From Octopus bimaculoides (Eukaryota): a stretch of DNA of 64,000 bases. This document shows, in pieces, positions 11,037 to 24,530 of this stretch (its first letter is position 1; each line of letters opens with the position of its first letter). Under the pieces are notes generated by a model. It was not told the origin of the DNA, did not search any database, and saw only the letters and a list, made by a program, of their open reading frames with translations. The DNA lies in assembly GCF_001194135.2 (NCBI RefSeq), contig NC_068982.1, positions 37,050,687 to 37,114,686 on the forward strand. The letters run 5' to 3'. The position numbers and the translations under genes are program-made.

Positions 11037-12322
11037 TTAGGTCATCCCATAAGTTCTGACCAATTTTACCTTTTTTAAAATTGAATAAAATTTAATAGTA
11101 TTTTAGAATGTCTAATGGAATTAATAATTATTTTTATGCATTTGTGTACATTTAAACTAATTAAATATTATTTTACAGAATGATAGAATTAAAATTTCTT
11201 TGATTAAAACCCTTTCTAACATGGAAGTTCCAAAGAGCATTTAAGGCACATAATACTTTATGAGGACAAAAAAGGAAACTCTGCAGCTGAAGCAACTTGA
11301 AACATACACTCAGTTTATGGGAAAGAATGCTTGAATGAAAGAACTTGCAGAAGATGGTTTGCAAAATTCAGAAGTGGAGATTTCAGCCTTGAAGCTGAAG
11401 ATTGAACTGGACGTCCAGTTGAATTTGATGATAAGCTTCTTGAGGTATTACTTGAAGAAAATCCTGCATTATACGTTAAAGAATTGGCCATAAAGCTTAG
11501 TTCAAACCATACAACTGTTCATCGTCATCTTCAACAACTTGGAAAGGTTCCTAAACTTGGAAAATGGGTGCCTTATGAATTGTCTGAAAGCAACCGCAAA
11601 TCCCAAGTTGTCATCTGCTTTTTTCTCCATTCTTGCAAACTCATTTCACCCTTTTTAGATAGACTTATGACTGGTGACGAAAAATGGATCTTCTGTCAAA
11701 ATGTTAAACGTCGTAAACAGTGGCTTGGTAAAAGGGAAAAAGCTCAACCACAACCGAGAAGGGAACTTCATGAAAAAAGGTTCTTCTCTCTATCTGGTGG
11801 GATTGCAAAGGAGTAATTCTCTTTGAATTGTTACCACCTAATGCAACAATCAATGCTCAAGTCTACTGTCAGCAATTATATCATTTGAACCAAGCTTTGA
11901 AGAAAAAAAGACCTGTTTTAGTGAATCAAAAAGGAGTGATATTTTATCAGGAAAATGCACGACCCCACACTGCAAAAATCACATCACAGAAGATCGAAGA
12001 GCTTGGTAGGGAAAAAGTTCCTCATTCACCTTATTCTCCCGACCTTGCTCTTTCAGACTACCATTTGTTTCGTAGTTTACAGAATCATTTGGGAGACATA
12101 ACTTTCGCAAGCCAGGAGGAGGTTGAAACTGACATTTCAGAGTTCTTCGCTTTGAAACCCAAAGAGTTTTACATTGATGGGATTAAAAAGCTTGTAAATA
12201 GATGGAAGGAAGTCATAGATAATCAGGGAAAGTACATTGATGATTAAATTTCAATTAAGTATAACATTTGATCATTTGTTTTCTTTATTTAAAATTCGGC
12301 CAGAACTTATGGGATGACTTGA
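11037..12322 (+). mobile_element. Full-length mariner transposon (1,286 bp), mellifera-like, transposase pseudogene 11221-12247
   Basis: TIRs ttaggtcatcccataagttctgaccaatttt / aaaattcggccagaacttatgggatgacttga with TA on both sides. Motifs ERTCRRWFAKFRSGDFSL, WVPYEL, TGDEKW, QENARPH..(34)..D, YSPDLALSDYHLF, ending GKYIDD. At least two frameshifts and two premature stops. Confidence 0.96.
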
Positions 12323-13445
12323 TAGTTGGTAGCTGATGTATTCACTTTTCAATGTGAATGTCATAAAGCTAGCTACCAAGATCAAGATGTAGAAGTCTGG
12401 ATGATTCCGCAAAGATTGTTTCTATCCTTTCCTATTATTTGTTATTTTTTACTTTTCATCTCGTTATTATTTATAAGTTTGTATCAGTATATTTTCTTGA
12501 CTCCTTTGTGATTATTTTTGCTGATCTAGTTGTGGTTACATATCGTAAGGTTCAGTATCAAAATCATATAAAGTTATAGAAAGTATAATTATATAAATAA
12601 CTGAGTTTTTTCAACTATTTAAATTTTATGTTATATGATTTAAAATTTGTTTTATTTTGTCTTAAATTTAATAAATCTTTTCTTTAGACTGGATTCAAAA
12701 TGGATATTGAAATAAAAGAATATAATTGATTTTAAAAAACCCATATTGTTTGTTTTGTAAAATTACATTAAATCTTTCTTAAATTAATTCATAATCCTAT
12801 TATTTTGCCAGTCACATTTAGGATTTATTAATTATAATGAAGTATATTATTCTTACTTATTTAAATTTCAAAATGAGATGTAGCTTATGTTGGATTTTTT
12901 TTTTTTTTTTTCCTTACACACATTTTTTCACCTTGCTCTCCATTGCCACTTAGACACTTATAATACTGCACTTATAGTATAAATTATCATCACAATTTCA
13001 AACAGATTTCTTTTGTAATATGGGTTTTCTATTCTGACTTGTGTAATTGATTTTTTAGAACTGAGTTATGCAATGATCTCTTCATATTTCATGATATGAA
13101 TTTGAATCTAGCCAAAATCGCTTCAAAGAAATAGCTCCATTAAAAATATATTGAGAAATCTAATGTCAATTTCTATGTAGAGTTTCTGGCAAATCAAGTT
13201 TGCAACTGGGGTTTCACCTCATAGAAGCCATTTCGCTTCATTTATGCAGAAATGTCACATTACATCAAATATATCCTTCTCTGTAAAACTAAAGTACTGT
13301 GGTTATTTTAGCAGTTGTTATTTAAAATATAAGATGAAAGATTTCAAAACATTATTTCATCTTCTCCTCAAAATAAAAGCATACTTTTAATTATATGCTT
13401 TTGAAGAAATATGTTTTAGTCTGAATAATTTTTCTTCTATTTTAG

Positions 13446-13577
13446 GAAGTAGATGAAGAACTTAATACATTGGTGCCTAAAGTAAGCCAGCTAGTTAAGA
13501 AAGGAAATTACATTATAAAGCATCTAGATGATGAAGAGAAAATTAGGAAAGTTAAGAGACTGAGAGACCAATTACAG
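13446..13577 (+). CDS. Dys: Internal coding exon of a spectrin-repeat protein, probably dystrophin (rod repeat ~R14, helices B-C): EVDEELNTLVPKVSQLVKKGNYIIKHLDDEEKIRKVKRLRDQLQ
   Basis: Pyrimidine-rich acceptor ttttcttctattttag, donor CAG|gtaaaa, 132 nt open in phase 0-0, purine-rich coding-like composition. Peptide fits spectrin helix B-C and matches recalled human dystrophin TVKELLQRGDNLQQRITDERKREEIKIKQQLLQ without gaps. Not in the supplied ORF track because it has no start codon. Confidence 0.8.
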
Positions 13578-15399
13578 GTAAAAAATCAGTAATTAATAAT
13601 ATTTATTGTCTTCATTATTTATTTCAGTTATTTTACTTTTTAATTCTTTTATAAAGCTTTACTAACAATGTAGAAAAAAGATGAGTGATGCAATGACAAA
13701 ATTTTTACTTGGCATGTTGGCTGAAAATACAGAGGGAAATTGATGAAGGGTAAAGTTGTACAATAGATTATGTTAAAGAATGTGTTTTCCTATATCATAT
13801 AACACTTTTCAATGCACATGGTTCATGGAAACAGGAATTTAAAAACAAAACAATTGTATTTGCAAAGTGCCTAAAACTGAAAAGTATTTGGAAAAAGTGA
13901 TTTTACATTTGATACTCTATACTGAATTGGTCCTAAATTTACAAAATGTTTTATGGAAATCCATATTAAAGGAGTTCTGTACACAATTTCTTACTTAACA
14001 AACTAAAGCTAATAAAATCTATTGCTTAATTTCACAATTTGCATGTTTTTAGGAGACACAATTGATGGGCTAAACTAGATATATATGTGGAAGTGTTTTA
14101 GATCCCAAAATATAGCTTACAAACTTTTTCAGTGTCTTAAAAGCTTTTTCATCAATTTCAATCACCTTTACTTGCTTGCACTTTTGTTTTACCTGATTTT
14201 GTAGATATTTTACTAACTTTAAAAAAAATCAGTTTTATAAATAAAGAACCAAACATCTAACAAAAATTTAGATGTTATGTTCATTTTTCTTGTTTTAATC
14301 ATTTGAATTTTTAATACAAGTTCTAATCATGAAATTTATCATTTATTATTTTCTTTTTATTGTGTGACATCAGTAATTTGTTGTTTCATTGCCATGTATT
14401 TTATATATTCTATACACATAATCTCAAATTGACACATGAAGTTTATACAATGTTCCCTTTCTTGTGATGCTTACATTAATGCTACAAACACAGACACATG
14501 TATCAAGAAAACTAATGTGTATTTGTGTATAATGTATACTTCTTAGTCATAATTAACTTTTAATGAGTCAGAATGCTTTAGTTATTTTGCAGACTATTAA
14601 AACCTGGATAAGTTGTTTCATTTACATTCACTAAATCCACATAAATTAGTTGCCTGTTTTGATGTAGTTAAACTTTATGTATCTTTTGTATGTAGTACTG
14701 ATTTGTTATATTTATATTTGACATTTTAATGTTCCTCTGCATCATGCATTCTGAACTTCTTATAATGAACTATTTCCTAACTGATATCAACATGAACTCT
14801 TAAATTCAGTACTGTTAATACCAAAAAGACAAAATCAAATCTCATGTTGTTGGCTCTGTAAAATTGTTGTCCCTGATTGGGATGAAAAAAGTGATCTCAT
14901 TTGTCTTATTCCTCTTGCTTTCCTCAACTTATGGAGGAGGTGGCAGGGTTTCTCTGCACTTGTTAGCATCCTGTTTTGTTTATCAGGTACATGCAAGTGA
15001 CTGTCTTCTTAATGATCTTAAGATAGCTGAATAGTTTATGTAAACATATACACATGCTCCTAGCGTACATGCTGGTACATCAACACACCTACATGAAAAT
15101 TGCTTTAGCGTTCTTTGCAATATGAATGATAAAATGTAAACTTAACTGTCATTTCTGGGTTGATTTCTGATACAATTAAATTATGCTTGAAGCAGAAAAA
15201 ATACATTTTATCCAATATTTAGAGCCTTTATCTGTCTCTAATAAGAAAAAAAAAACCTGAGAACTGAATGAGCCAAATAAACCAAAATAATAATTGTTTC
15301 TTATTTTTACTGCAGTGCTCAATAAGAAAACCAAAAATATTTTATTTTGTTTTGTAAGTTAAGAAGTTACAGGCTGAGTGATGCAATCCCAAAATTCTC

Positions 15400-15570
15400 A
15401 TATAAATTGAGATTTCCCCTCTTAGTTCAAGAAAAAACTCTAAAACTTAGCAGTAATTGTTAGTGAAGAAAAGAGGAAATAATTTCAAATCTTTGAGAAT
15501 TAATCTCACAAAATTTATATACATGCCAAGATGGAATTCTGATCTTTATTTGCAAGCATTGAGATGGTGG
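15400..15570. repeat. Second copy of the unclassified dispersed repeat at 3640-3800
   Basis: Same-orientation alignment by eye over about 150 bp. Confidence 0.6.
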
Positions 15571-16277
15571 GGAGTCAACTGTAAACATACTTCAATCCTA
15601 TTAGACCTCATCAGAAAGGCAAAAGGTTTTACAAATAGAAAATGACTTACAAAGAGCTTTGGGCAAGTAGTAATTTGTATAGATAAAAACAAAAAGAGCA
15701 GTAGGAAATAAATAACTCAAGCGGGCCAATGGCCTGACTTTAGGTAAATAAGAGGGGATGTACTGAACAAGATGCAAAAAATTCTCAATTAATTGTAATT
15801 TTCTCCTTAGTTAGAAAAAGAAAAAGAAAACTTTGTAGTAAATGTTTGTAACTCTAAAAAAAAAGGAGGGATAATTTCATGAAGTTCAGAATTGTTTTGT
15901 TCAGCTTTTCTGGCTGTTGTGCATTCTGCTTACTATGAGGACTATTCTTGAAAAGAAATGTAGTATCAGCAAAATAGTTTCCATCTGGCCACAAAAGAGG
16001 TATCATAAAAATCAAACCCAAGCCTGTCCAAGCAATCACCCTGCTGGTAAATGGTAATTCCAATGCAATCATCCAAACCTTATGTCACAGACATCTTTCA
16101 ACATTTGTGTCATCATTATAAAGTTAAATTACTGCTGGTTGATGGCTTATTTGTAAACTCTGTCTGAAATATGTGGAGCAAGAAAACTAAGTGCTGATGA
16201 ATTAATTATATAAAATTTAAATACAATCTATTTTCACATTTATAACAGACATCTAGTTGTGTGTGTGTAAACAGTTT

Positions 16278-16500
16278 TAATCATAATTTTGTTGTTTTAA
16301 TGTCCGCTTTTCCATGCTTGTGTGGGTCAGACAAAATTTGTTAAGGTAGATCGGTAGGTTTCTCATAGAAGTATACCCTCCCTGTCACCAACCCTCACTT
16401 GTTTCTAAGAAAGGTATTATTTCTGCATAGACAGACATGTCTTTCACAAAAGATTGAAATTTAGTAACACTTGTTTACATGATGTCAGGAAGAAAGGAAT
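16278..16500 (-). mobile_element. SINE remnant with RTE-type tail (tail type 2)
   Basis: ttttaatgtccgctttccatgcttgtgtgggtcagac...accctcacttgtttctaag, the reverse of the tail at 27760-27951. Confidence 0.6.
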
Positions 16501-17169
16501 CTGTCTGTCTCTCTCTTTCTCTCTCTCAAATATATTGTGCATCAGATCAAAAACTTGCTCATACATATCAGAAGTATAAATTTATATGCAGCATGTGATG
16601 TTATACTCTAAATTGCAGTAATTCATTGGTAGAAAGGTTATGTTCCACACAGATTTTGTGCAGTCGATTTCTAAGAATGACATCTATAACAATTCTATTA
16701 AATGAAACAGTATTTTGCAGAGTAGACAGAAATTTACCTAGGAGCAAGTCATGGTAAAATAAGCATGGCACTTTGTACTAAATTATTTATATCTTAAGAA
16801 AACAACATTCAAGTATCAGTATTTGTTTTGAGTGGTAAAAGAAGACCTAGAAAAACATAGTAAAGTTGTCAGTGTCAGGAAGAAAGAAAACAATTCAAGA
16901 AACATTGTTAGAAAAGTTGCAATTAGATTTTACAATTGTGAATTATTTTTAACTTTGTTACTATATTTTATACAACTATACAATAAATCATTTTATAGCA
17001 ACCATGAAAATTTACCTGATTTATGAATCCTATTTTATATGTATACCCATATTATTTTTGAGTTCATTTTATCAGTTAATTAAAAGAAGGCTATAATCAA
17101 AGGCTATCAACTCCACCCAACTGTTAAGAGCGATCACTTGGTGCTTCATCTGGATTTTGGTTCAGAAGC

Positions 17170-17395
17170 AAGAGATGTACAGACATGGCTGGCCTGCAAT
17201 AGACATCCATTACCAAGTAGATGGCAGCCAAATTTTCCTCATATAACACTGTTATTTAATGATAGGGTGTTATTTGAGGAAATGTAGTTCTAGATACCCC
17301 TATGAAGAAGGAGTGGTCAAGACTAGAATGTATTTGATCAAAGTTTGCTCAGTCAAGACCAAAACAAGGCTAAACAATAACAACTAGCCAGTGAG
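17170..17395 (+). mobile_element. SINE-like family D copy ending in (AAC)n
   Basis: gcagccaaattttcctc...tttgatcaaagtttgctcagtc...ggctaaacaataacaac, the reverse complement of 19410-19620 and 32715-32890. Confidence 0.6.
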
Positions 17396-17659
17396 AGAAT
17401 CACCATATAATTATTTGACTCTTCCTTAGCTAACACTCTATATCTTTGAAAAGAAGAGAGGGATATGTTACATAGTATAGTGTTATATATTCCTAAAGAA
17501 TGTGATCATGGATCTCTCTCTCTCTCTCCCCCTCTCTTGCCCTCTCTTATATAGATAGCCTAGAATATTTTGAGTTAAAACAACTTCTTACAACATGTTT
17601 AAAATTTCAGCTGGCTGCCAATTCAGTAGGATTGTCAGTTCATATGCATCCCATGTTTT

Positions 17660-17850
17660 TATTTAGCCTCAGGTCAGTCCTGAATTATTAGATGTATCAT
17701 ATGGGGTATTCCATTCATGACCATTCCATCTGTTTGTGTATTTATGCTGGTATTGTTTGGTGTGTCTTTTATATTTATTTATTCAAGATGATGCAGGAAA
17801 GATTTCATTGCTATTCTTAGAGAGTTGAGAGACTGTAGAGGCTCTTTTGT
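17660..17850 (-). mobile_element. SINE-like family D copy, degenerate
   Basis: tttagcctcaggtcagtcctga...gctattcttagagagttgagagactgtagaggctct. Confidence 0.5.
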
Positions 17851-19319
17851 TTACTCATATTCTGTCACTATTACTATGTAATGTCCACAACTAACACAGC
17901 CATTCCTGTTCTTGTGTGGTAGATGTAATCTGTAGCTTTGTTTCACACCCAGGTATGGCCTTTTGGTGTCTATAATGGAGTCTATTCTGTTGCAACCATT
18001 CAGATCAAATCCCCAGCCCGGGAGTGATTTTTCTCCTTTCTTTTCACCACTCTTAGGGTCATGGCTGCTGTCTTTCTTCTGACTAAACTGTTAAAAAAGA
18101 TGTTTTCTGTGGCTAATACAAACTAAGGCAACTTATCTTGTCAGAGTACTCTATTAACCATTACCACACAGAGTGCAGGGTCTCTAATTTAAACAAGGAA
18201 TGACATATTGGCTATGACATCATATACAACCCCCCCCCCCCCGATACACACACATGCGCACCTGAAAAACAGATTGGATAATCATTGTTAGCTTGTCTTT
18301 GATCATAGATCTGATCAATCGGGCTTAACCTGGGGATGACTAATGTTCAATAGAGTTCAATGTTGTTTGGGGTTTTTTTTTTTGCTTCTTAATCAGTTTA
18401 GATATTTCTGAATGTTTTATGTAATTCAAATATTACAGAGTTAGCACTTTGGTTGGATAGAACTGAGTTTCAGAAATTATTTAATTCATAGTAAGCACCC
18501 AAAACTCTATACTTATATTTACTAAGATACAATTCAAAACAAAAAAAAACACATATTTACAGCAAAATGAAAAGTAAAAAGAAAAAGAAAATAAGAAACA
18601 AAGAAACTTCATGCCTTCTGCTAAACAACTTATTCGCACTATATGCCATGGACAAGATGGCAAATGCATTATCACAAAGCTAACATCCACTGCATTATCC
18701 ACACACCCTCACTGCACTCCTTTCTCAGGCATTATGCCCTCTTACTGATTTCTAGAATGAGTTCTGTAACACTGTACATTCATAATTTGGCTTGGATTTT
18801 ATTTAAATTTGTGCTTACGTTTTTGTTTTTGTTAGTTTTTTCTTGTTGATAAAATCTACCTTTATTCTGCATAATCAGAGCCTAAAAAATGTGTGTATGT
18901 AATTACGATTTCTTACACTGGAATAAGATGAATTATACTTCTCAGCTTGATTTAGATAAACCATAGTTTAAGGCTAAATGTGTAGTATATTTAAAGTTAA
19001 AATTCCAACCACTTATTTCCTGTACTTTTATTGTTTTCTCTCATAAAGTTATTTGTGTTTGCAATTACAAAAATAGAAATTATTTTTTATTTGGCTATGA
19101 AAAACCAAGATAGAAGCAGCTATTTTGTTTCTTTATCTTCTCTTTTTTGATTCATTGATATTAATTATAAAACAATATTTGACATTTCTGAAACCTCATA
19201 TTTGACTGAAATACATTTTGAAAGCCTAGTGTGAAAATAACTTCAGGTGGCTACCACCATTTTTTAAAACTATTAATTAATTAAGAATTAATCAATGGAG
19301 AGGTAGTGCCTGTAACCTT

Positions 19320-20750
19320 TTCAAGCCCTCCTGGACTGGTGAGATTGATATAATTGACAATTAGTTTGAACATCTGCAGTTTGATGTCTGGGAGAAAAAT
19401 CTGGGTAGGAAGAGGAGTTTGTTGTTTAACCCCAAGTCAGCTCTGAATGAACAGACCTATCATCAAAAGAATTTTGTCTGTCACCTTCCTCGCTTTTTTA
19501 GCATGTATCTAGGATTGCGTTATCTAATGCATCTTTTCATTTCAAAGAGTAGAGTGTGATTTGAAGAGGCTTTGTCTGCTGTTTCTAGCAGGCTGAGCAA
19601 CCACCTAGAAATGTTCATTGGTTTGTGGATGCGGAGATTATTTCATAAACTGATCTTTATGAGAAATAACTTCTGGTATGATTTTGGGAAGGTACAGTCA
19701 AGAATGTTTCTTTGATGCCTGTAGTGATTGTGTCTTTGTGCTGTTAAAGTAGAATAGTTTGTCATATCCCTATTAGAAAACGTTTTTAAGGTTTTGATTC
19801 ATGGAAGCAGGTTGTTAGTCTATATTGTTTGAGAATGATATATGTGGGCAGAAGGTAAAGGGGGCCTACATTAGGAATGAGTGTTGTTAAAAGTGACAGC
19901 AAGCTGACTGATGTTGTGCAGAAGGAAGAGTGTGAGAGACAAAACCAAACTGTGAATTATACCAGAGTTGATTGTATTTTTAGAAGATACTCCTATTGGC
20001 ACATCTGCAATGATATAGTCTAAACAAGAAACTTCTAGTCTTTGATGGAACTATAACCAGGCAACTTAAGCTGGGGGTTCTCATGCTAGACACATTCAAA
20101 GGTTACGATTATTTCAAGTGCAATAGCATTACTTTTGTAAAACTTCTCAAGAATGAAATCTTATTGTGGAGTGACATAGGAGAGCAACTCACTTCTCAAA
20201 TTCTACAGGAATTGTGCAGCGAGATGGATTCAGAGTGGCAAAGGAAGTGATTACTAACAAGTGTTTCTTTCATCTTTAAAGTGTTGGAAGCGAGAGTATG
20301 TTGGCAGTTGGCAAAGCCAAAGGTTGCCTGTCTTAGAGACTAAATATTTTGTAGTATGTCAATTGGGATGAAATTTTGTAGAGACAAAAATTTCAGAGTT
20401 TGGAGAGAATAGGAGTTAATGGTAGAGAGATTGTCATGATGAGAAATCATCAGATTTTGCACTTAAATGCATGTGGAGATGACCTGAGTATTGGAGTGTT
20501 TTCAGGAGTTTAGTTTAGTGCATGCTTGTAGGGTTGGGAGGAAAGTGAGAAGTAAATATGAAAGCTTTCTTAAGTGAATAGCAAATGTGAAAGCCTTATT
20601 AGTTAAAGAGTAGTGGATTGGAGGATTTGGCAAGCTGGTAGAAACTCTCTTGGCAAATGGCTAGAAGAGCCAGTTGTTATTTGCAGAGTGAGATAGTTTT
20701 CTGTCTGTGCAATGTGCACAGTCATCCTTGGTTTTGCAAAAAATTATTAA
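19320..20750 (-). mobile_element. Second degenerate CR1-like LINE, with a nested family D SINE
   Basis: gattgtgtctttgtgctgttaaagtagaatag at ~19727 matches ~1040-1070 of the first CR1. The 3' end FLPDIKLQMFKLIVNYINL is at 19340-19400 and linker-like sequence at ~20600-20750. Confidence 0.65.
19410..19620 (-). mobile_element. SINE-like family D copy inserted in the CR1 remnant
   Basis: gttgtttaaccccaagtcagctctga...gtttctagcaggctgagcaaccacctag. Confidence 0.65.
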
Positions 20751-22171
20751 ATTTTTAAATATGACTATTTTTGAATTTCCTTTTGGGGGGAAACCCTTTA
20801 ACATAACATTAGCTTCTATTTTTTCTTCTTTAATACTCTATATACCATTCTTTTCCAACATGTATTAATGCCTTCTTTTGTTTAGTAAGTTTCAGAAAAT
20901 TTTCTAGATTTCAAAACTTTTCATTTTATTTGTATTTGATTTTCAACAAGGAGCTAAATTTTAAAATTTATTCATTTAAAAGTATATCAGTTTCTTCTCA
21001 TAGCCATTTGATCCACACTGGTTAAAACAAACCATCCATGCTGCTACTTACAGACATTTGTAATAATACTTTTGGAAGAAATAGCTTAGGCTGTCTTATT
21101 GTGGTTAGATTCTTCTTTAATATTATGTCTGTTAATTCTTTTGGTATTTCTTAGAGTTCTAATGAACAAATATATTTCTTTTGAATTCTGTTAGAAGAAT
21201 GAACACTATACATCTGTTTTCATATCAATATATCCAAGAGACATAAAAGAAAGGCTTAAGAAATGCACCTCAACAGCTGCTTGTTAACTATAATAGATTC
21301 TCATTCTAGAATTATTTCCTTGCTTATAAACTTGTATGGATCTGAAGTCTTTAGATCTTTGTCTAAATTCTATTTACTGTATTTCACTCTCAAATACTAG
21401 AAATATGTCTGGGTTTACTTTGTCTTTATTTCTAATTATTTTGTGTGTGTGTAGTTATAAGCTTTATTTTGTTCATATAATTGCAGTCAGAATAACTACA
21501 TTCGTTTTAGAATGATCAAATCTTTAAAGTTCCCTTTAATAATCTCCAACATTGATTTGTCCGTCCAACATTGTGATGATATTGTAATTTTGTATTTTTA
21601 CTTAGAAGAATGTCATGTTAATGTAGTACTCTAAGTAGTGGAAGATACTTGTACCTAGCAGATGAGACCACATTTCTCTATCCTAGCTATTTAGTTTTGA
21701 ATATTATTCTCTCATATTTCATATATGTTTGTATTTCTGACTGAGATAGTGACTCTGACCAGATTGTTTTCATTTTCACATGAAGTGTATGAATATAATG
21801 TATGGAATACATGGACAAACATGAATTTTCATTTTAAAGTATTTACAAGAACTAACAACAATATTATGAATTATGATATTTGACAATGTTTTGAAACTAT
21901 TATAATAACATCCTGGTGATCACATAAGGACTGCAGTAAGTGTATTACTTTCTCATGGTGAGATCTTTGAGGTTAATTTAAGAAATGAATGGAATAAATT
22001 CAGGGTGCTATTATTCCAGTTTGCAATACAGATTTTCTCACTGCAAAATTCTAATTGTATGAACCAATTGTAAGACATGTAAAACTACCTGGCCATGAAC
22101 ATTGAATGTGAAAGATCTATAGGAACTGGAGAGAAATGATCCATTGGTTGTTTAAAATTTTCTTCTGTTGA

Positions 22172-22388
22172 GGCGGTGAGCTGGCAGAAACGTTAGCATG
22201 CCAGGCGAAATGCTTAGCAGTGTTTCTTCTGTCTTTACGTTCTGAGTTCAAATTCCGCTTAGGTCGACTTTGCCTTTCATCCTTTCGAGGTCGATAAATT
22301 GAGCACCAATTGTGTACTGGGATGGATCTAATCGACTGGCCCCCTCCCCAAAATTTCGGGCCTTGTGCCTAGAGTAGAAAAGAATATT
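22172..22388 (+). mobile_element. SINE family A, best-preserved copy (tRNA-derived)
   Basis: ggcggtgagctggcagaa (A-box-like), gagttcaaattcc (B-box-like), ends gtagaaaagaata. At least five further copies in the window. Confidence 0.9.
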
Positions 22389-23322
22389 TTCTTCTTTTGC
22401 AGACTGATTGCAAGTAAGTCAAGAGTGACTCGGCACTTGATAGAGTAACACAGCTGTTTTGGTGTGGACATGTGTTTTGAATAAACAGTGAACTGTAGAG
22501 GAAAATAAAAGTGCCATGAACTGCAATTGGAAGATACTTATGACAGCTACTCTTAATTTGAAATAATGAGATCAAAACTTAGTATGCTTGAGATGATACA
22601 GGATCAATGCAGGCAATAATTTACTGTGTTGCATCTTTGTATTTCTTTGTCTAGTAAAGATTTTATTGGATGTATTGTTATTAGTTCTTTAAAAAAAAAA
22701 AAGGAAATGGTGGAATGTTCTTTTGAAGCATTTTAATTGGTTGTTATTTATAAAGGGTTTAGAGCAACTTATGTGACACTGGTCTTGATTTTAAATATTC
22801 AGTTTCATGTGTATTCATCAATTTCAATTCAATCTGGACTTTTATTTGCAAAGTAATGTTGAAGTATGAAAGAAAGTTTGTAGATTTTGTGATTCAGATG
22901 AATTTTTTCAGGGCTTATATTTTGAATAAATTTAGTAAAATTACAGACTAGTCTAATTCAGTATTTTTTTTTTTTAATATCCTGTCAAGATTTTATGTTT
23001 GGCTATATACCACATTGCTTAATTTATTTTATAGATGTAAAACTAATACTGATTTTTTTTTTTGTTTTGTTTCTGACTTAGCACAAACAGAAGAATAATG
23101 TAATCAATTCATGACAATGTATTGATATGAAGTTTGCTTCGCAGCTTCATGGTTTTGGTTTTGATCTCACTTTAAGCAAGTAACTTCTACCATAACCTTG
23201 AGTTGACCATGACTTGTATGTAGGATTTGGTAGGTGAGAATTGTGGAATTATTCTGTGTGTATGTAAATACACACTCACACACATAGATAAATAGTAAGA
23301 AAGATAAATAGATAAGGTGAAT

Positions 23323-23438
23323 TGTCAGAGCTGCTAAAACATAGTATAGAATGTTTTGCACTATTTCGATCTCTGTGCTCTCTGAGTAAAAATCCTACCA
23401 AGGTCAACTTTAGCTTTCATCCTTTCAGATTTGACATA
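23323..23438 (+). mobile_element. SINE family A partial copy
   Basis: ctgagtaaaaatcctaccaaggtcaactttagctttcatcctttc. Confidence 0.6.
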
Positions 23439-24052
23439 AAATGCCATTCCAAGTCAGAATTGCTAGAGAAGCAGATGTGATGCCTTTCAGTATCTGTTCT
23501 GACTCTGTGTATTCTGAGTTCAATTTCTACATAAGGATTCAAGTCCTGTTTATGGTCATATCATCAACTTTTGTTTACTCAGAAATAGTGTCAAGTTAGA
23601 CCACGAACAAAGAGACGCAGCACCAACATCTCTCTACAACACAGTTGTGCCATGGAACATTGCATCAGTCTCATCTATCTCAGTGAGACCTGAAAGGGTC
23701 ATGACATCTTTCCTTTCTCCAGGTTCAGTAAATTTAGAAAGCAAAAAAAGTCAAATGGCTTCACAGATTTCATTAGCTCATAACAATTTTAGTTTTAAAA
23801 TAACATGGAATTAGTGAAGTAATATGCTTGGTAGCCATATTATAATATGAATTTTTACATGGTTTACTTCAAATTCATAGTATTACATGATTTCAAGTAT
23901 CATCATTTAGACTAATCAGTAGATATAAATTTTATTATATTCTAGTTTCTGAGATCGATAACATATCTGGATTCAGAATAAGTTTGATTTTGTACAGAGT
24001 ATTCTTAGAATTTGGTCTTTTCTTAGCACTAGATGTATTCATGTGTAGTGAT

Positions 24053-24530
24053 TCATCATCATCATTTAATGTCTGTTTCCCATGCTAGCGTGGGTTAAAC
24101 AGTTTGACAGAAGCTGACCAGCTGAATGACTGTTTAGGCTCCCTGTCTGTTTTGGTATGCTTCCTACAGCTGAATGCCTTCCTAAAGCCAACCAATTTAC
24201 AGAGTGTACTGGGTGCGTTTACACAGCACCAGCATGGGTGCTTTTTACTTGGTACCAGCACTCACAAGCCCACAAGATTAGACATGCTCAGTTAGAGAGG
24301 TTTGCAAGGGACAAGCCTGTATGTAAGGGCAACCACCACCCCCATAATCATCATCATTTAACGTCCTCTTTCCATGCTGGTATGGGCTAGACAGTTTGAC
24401 AGAAGCTGACCAGCTGAAGGGCTGTACAGGATTCCTGTCTGTTTTGGCATGGTCTCCACAGTTGGATTCCCCCCTCTCCCCTATGCAAACCACTTTACAG
24501 AGTGTACTGGGTGCTTCTACCTTGGTGAAA
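24053..24530 (-). mobile_element. Two head-to-tail copies of the RTE-tailed SINE 3' body (tail type 3)
   Basis: Both start (catcat)n-ttaa(t/c)gtc and share an identical 28-mer acagtttgacagaagctgaccagctgaa; units 24053-24345 and 24346-24530. Confidence 0.8.

Noticed and set aside
22172-22260. tRNA-like sequences with A- and B-box motifs (also at 7427, 36138, 45586, 63100)
   Set aside because: They are SINE heads continuing into SINE bodies; no complete cloverleaf is evident.
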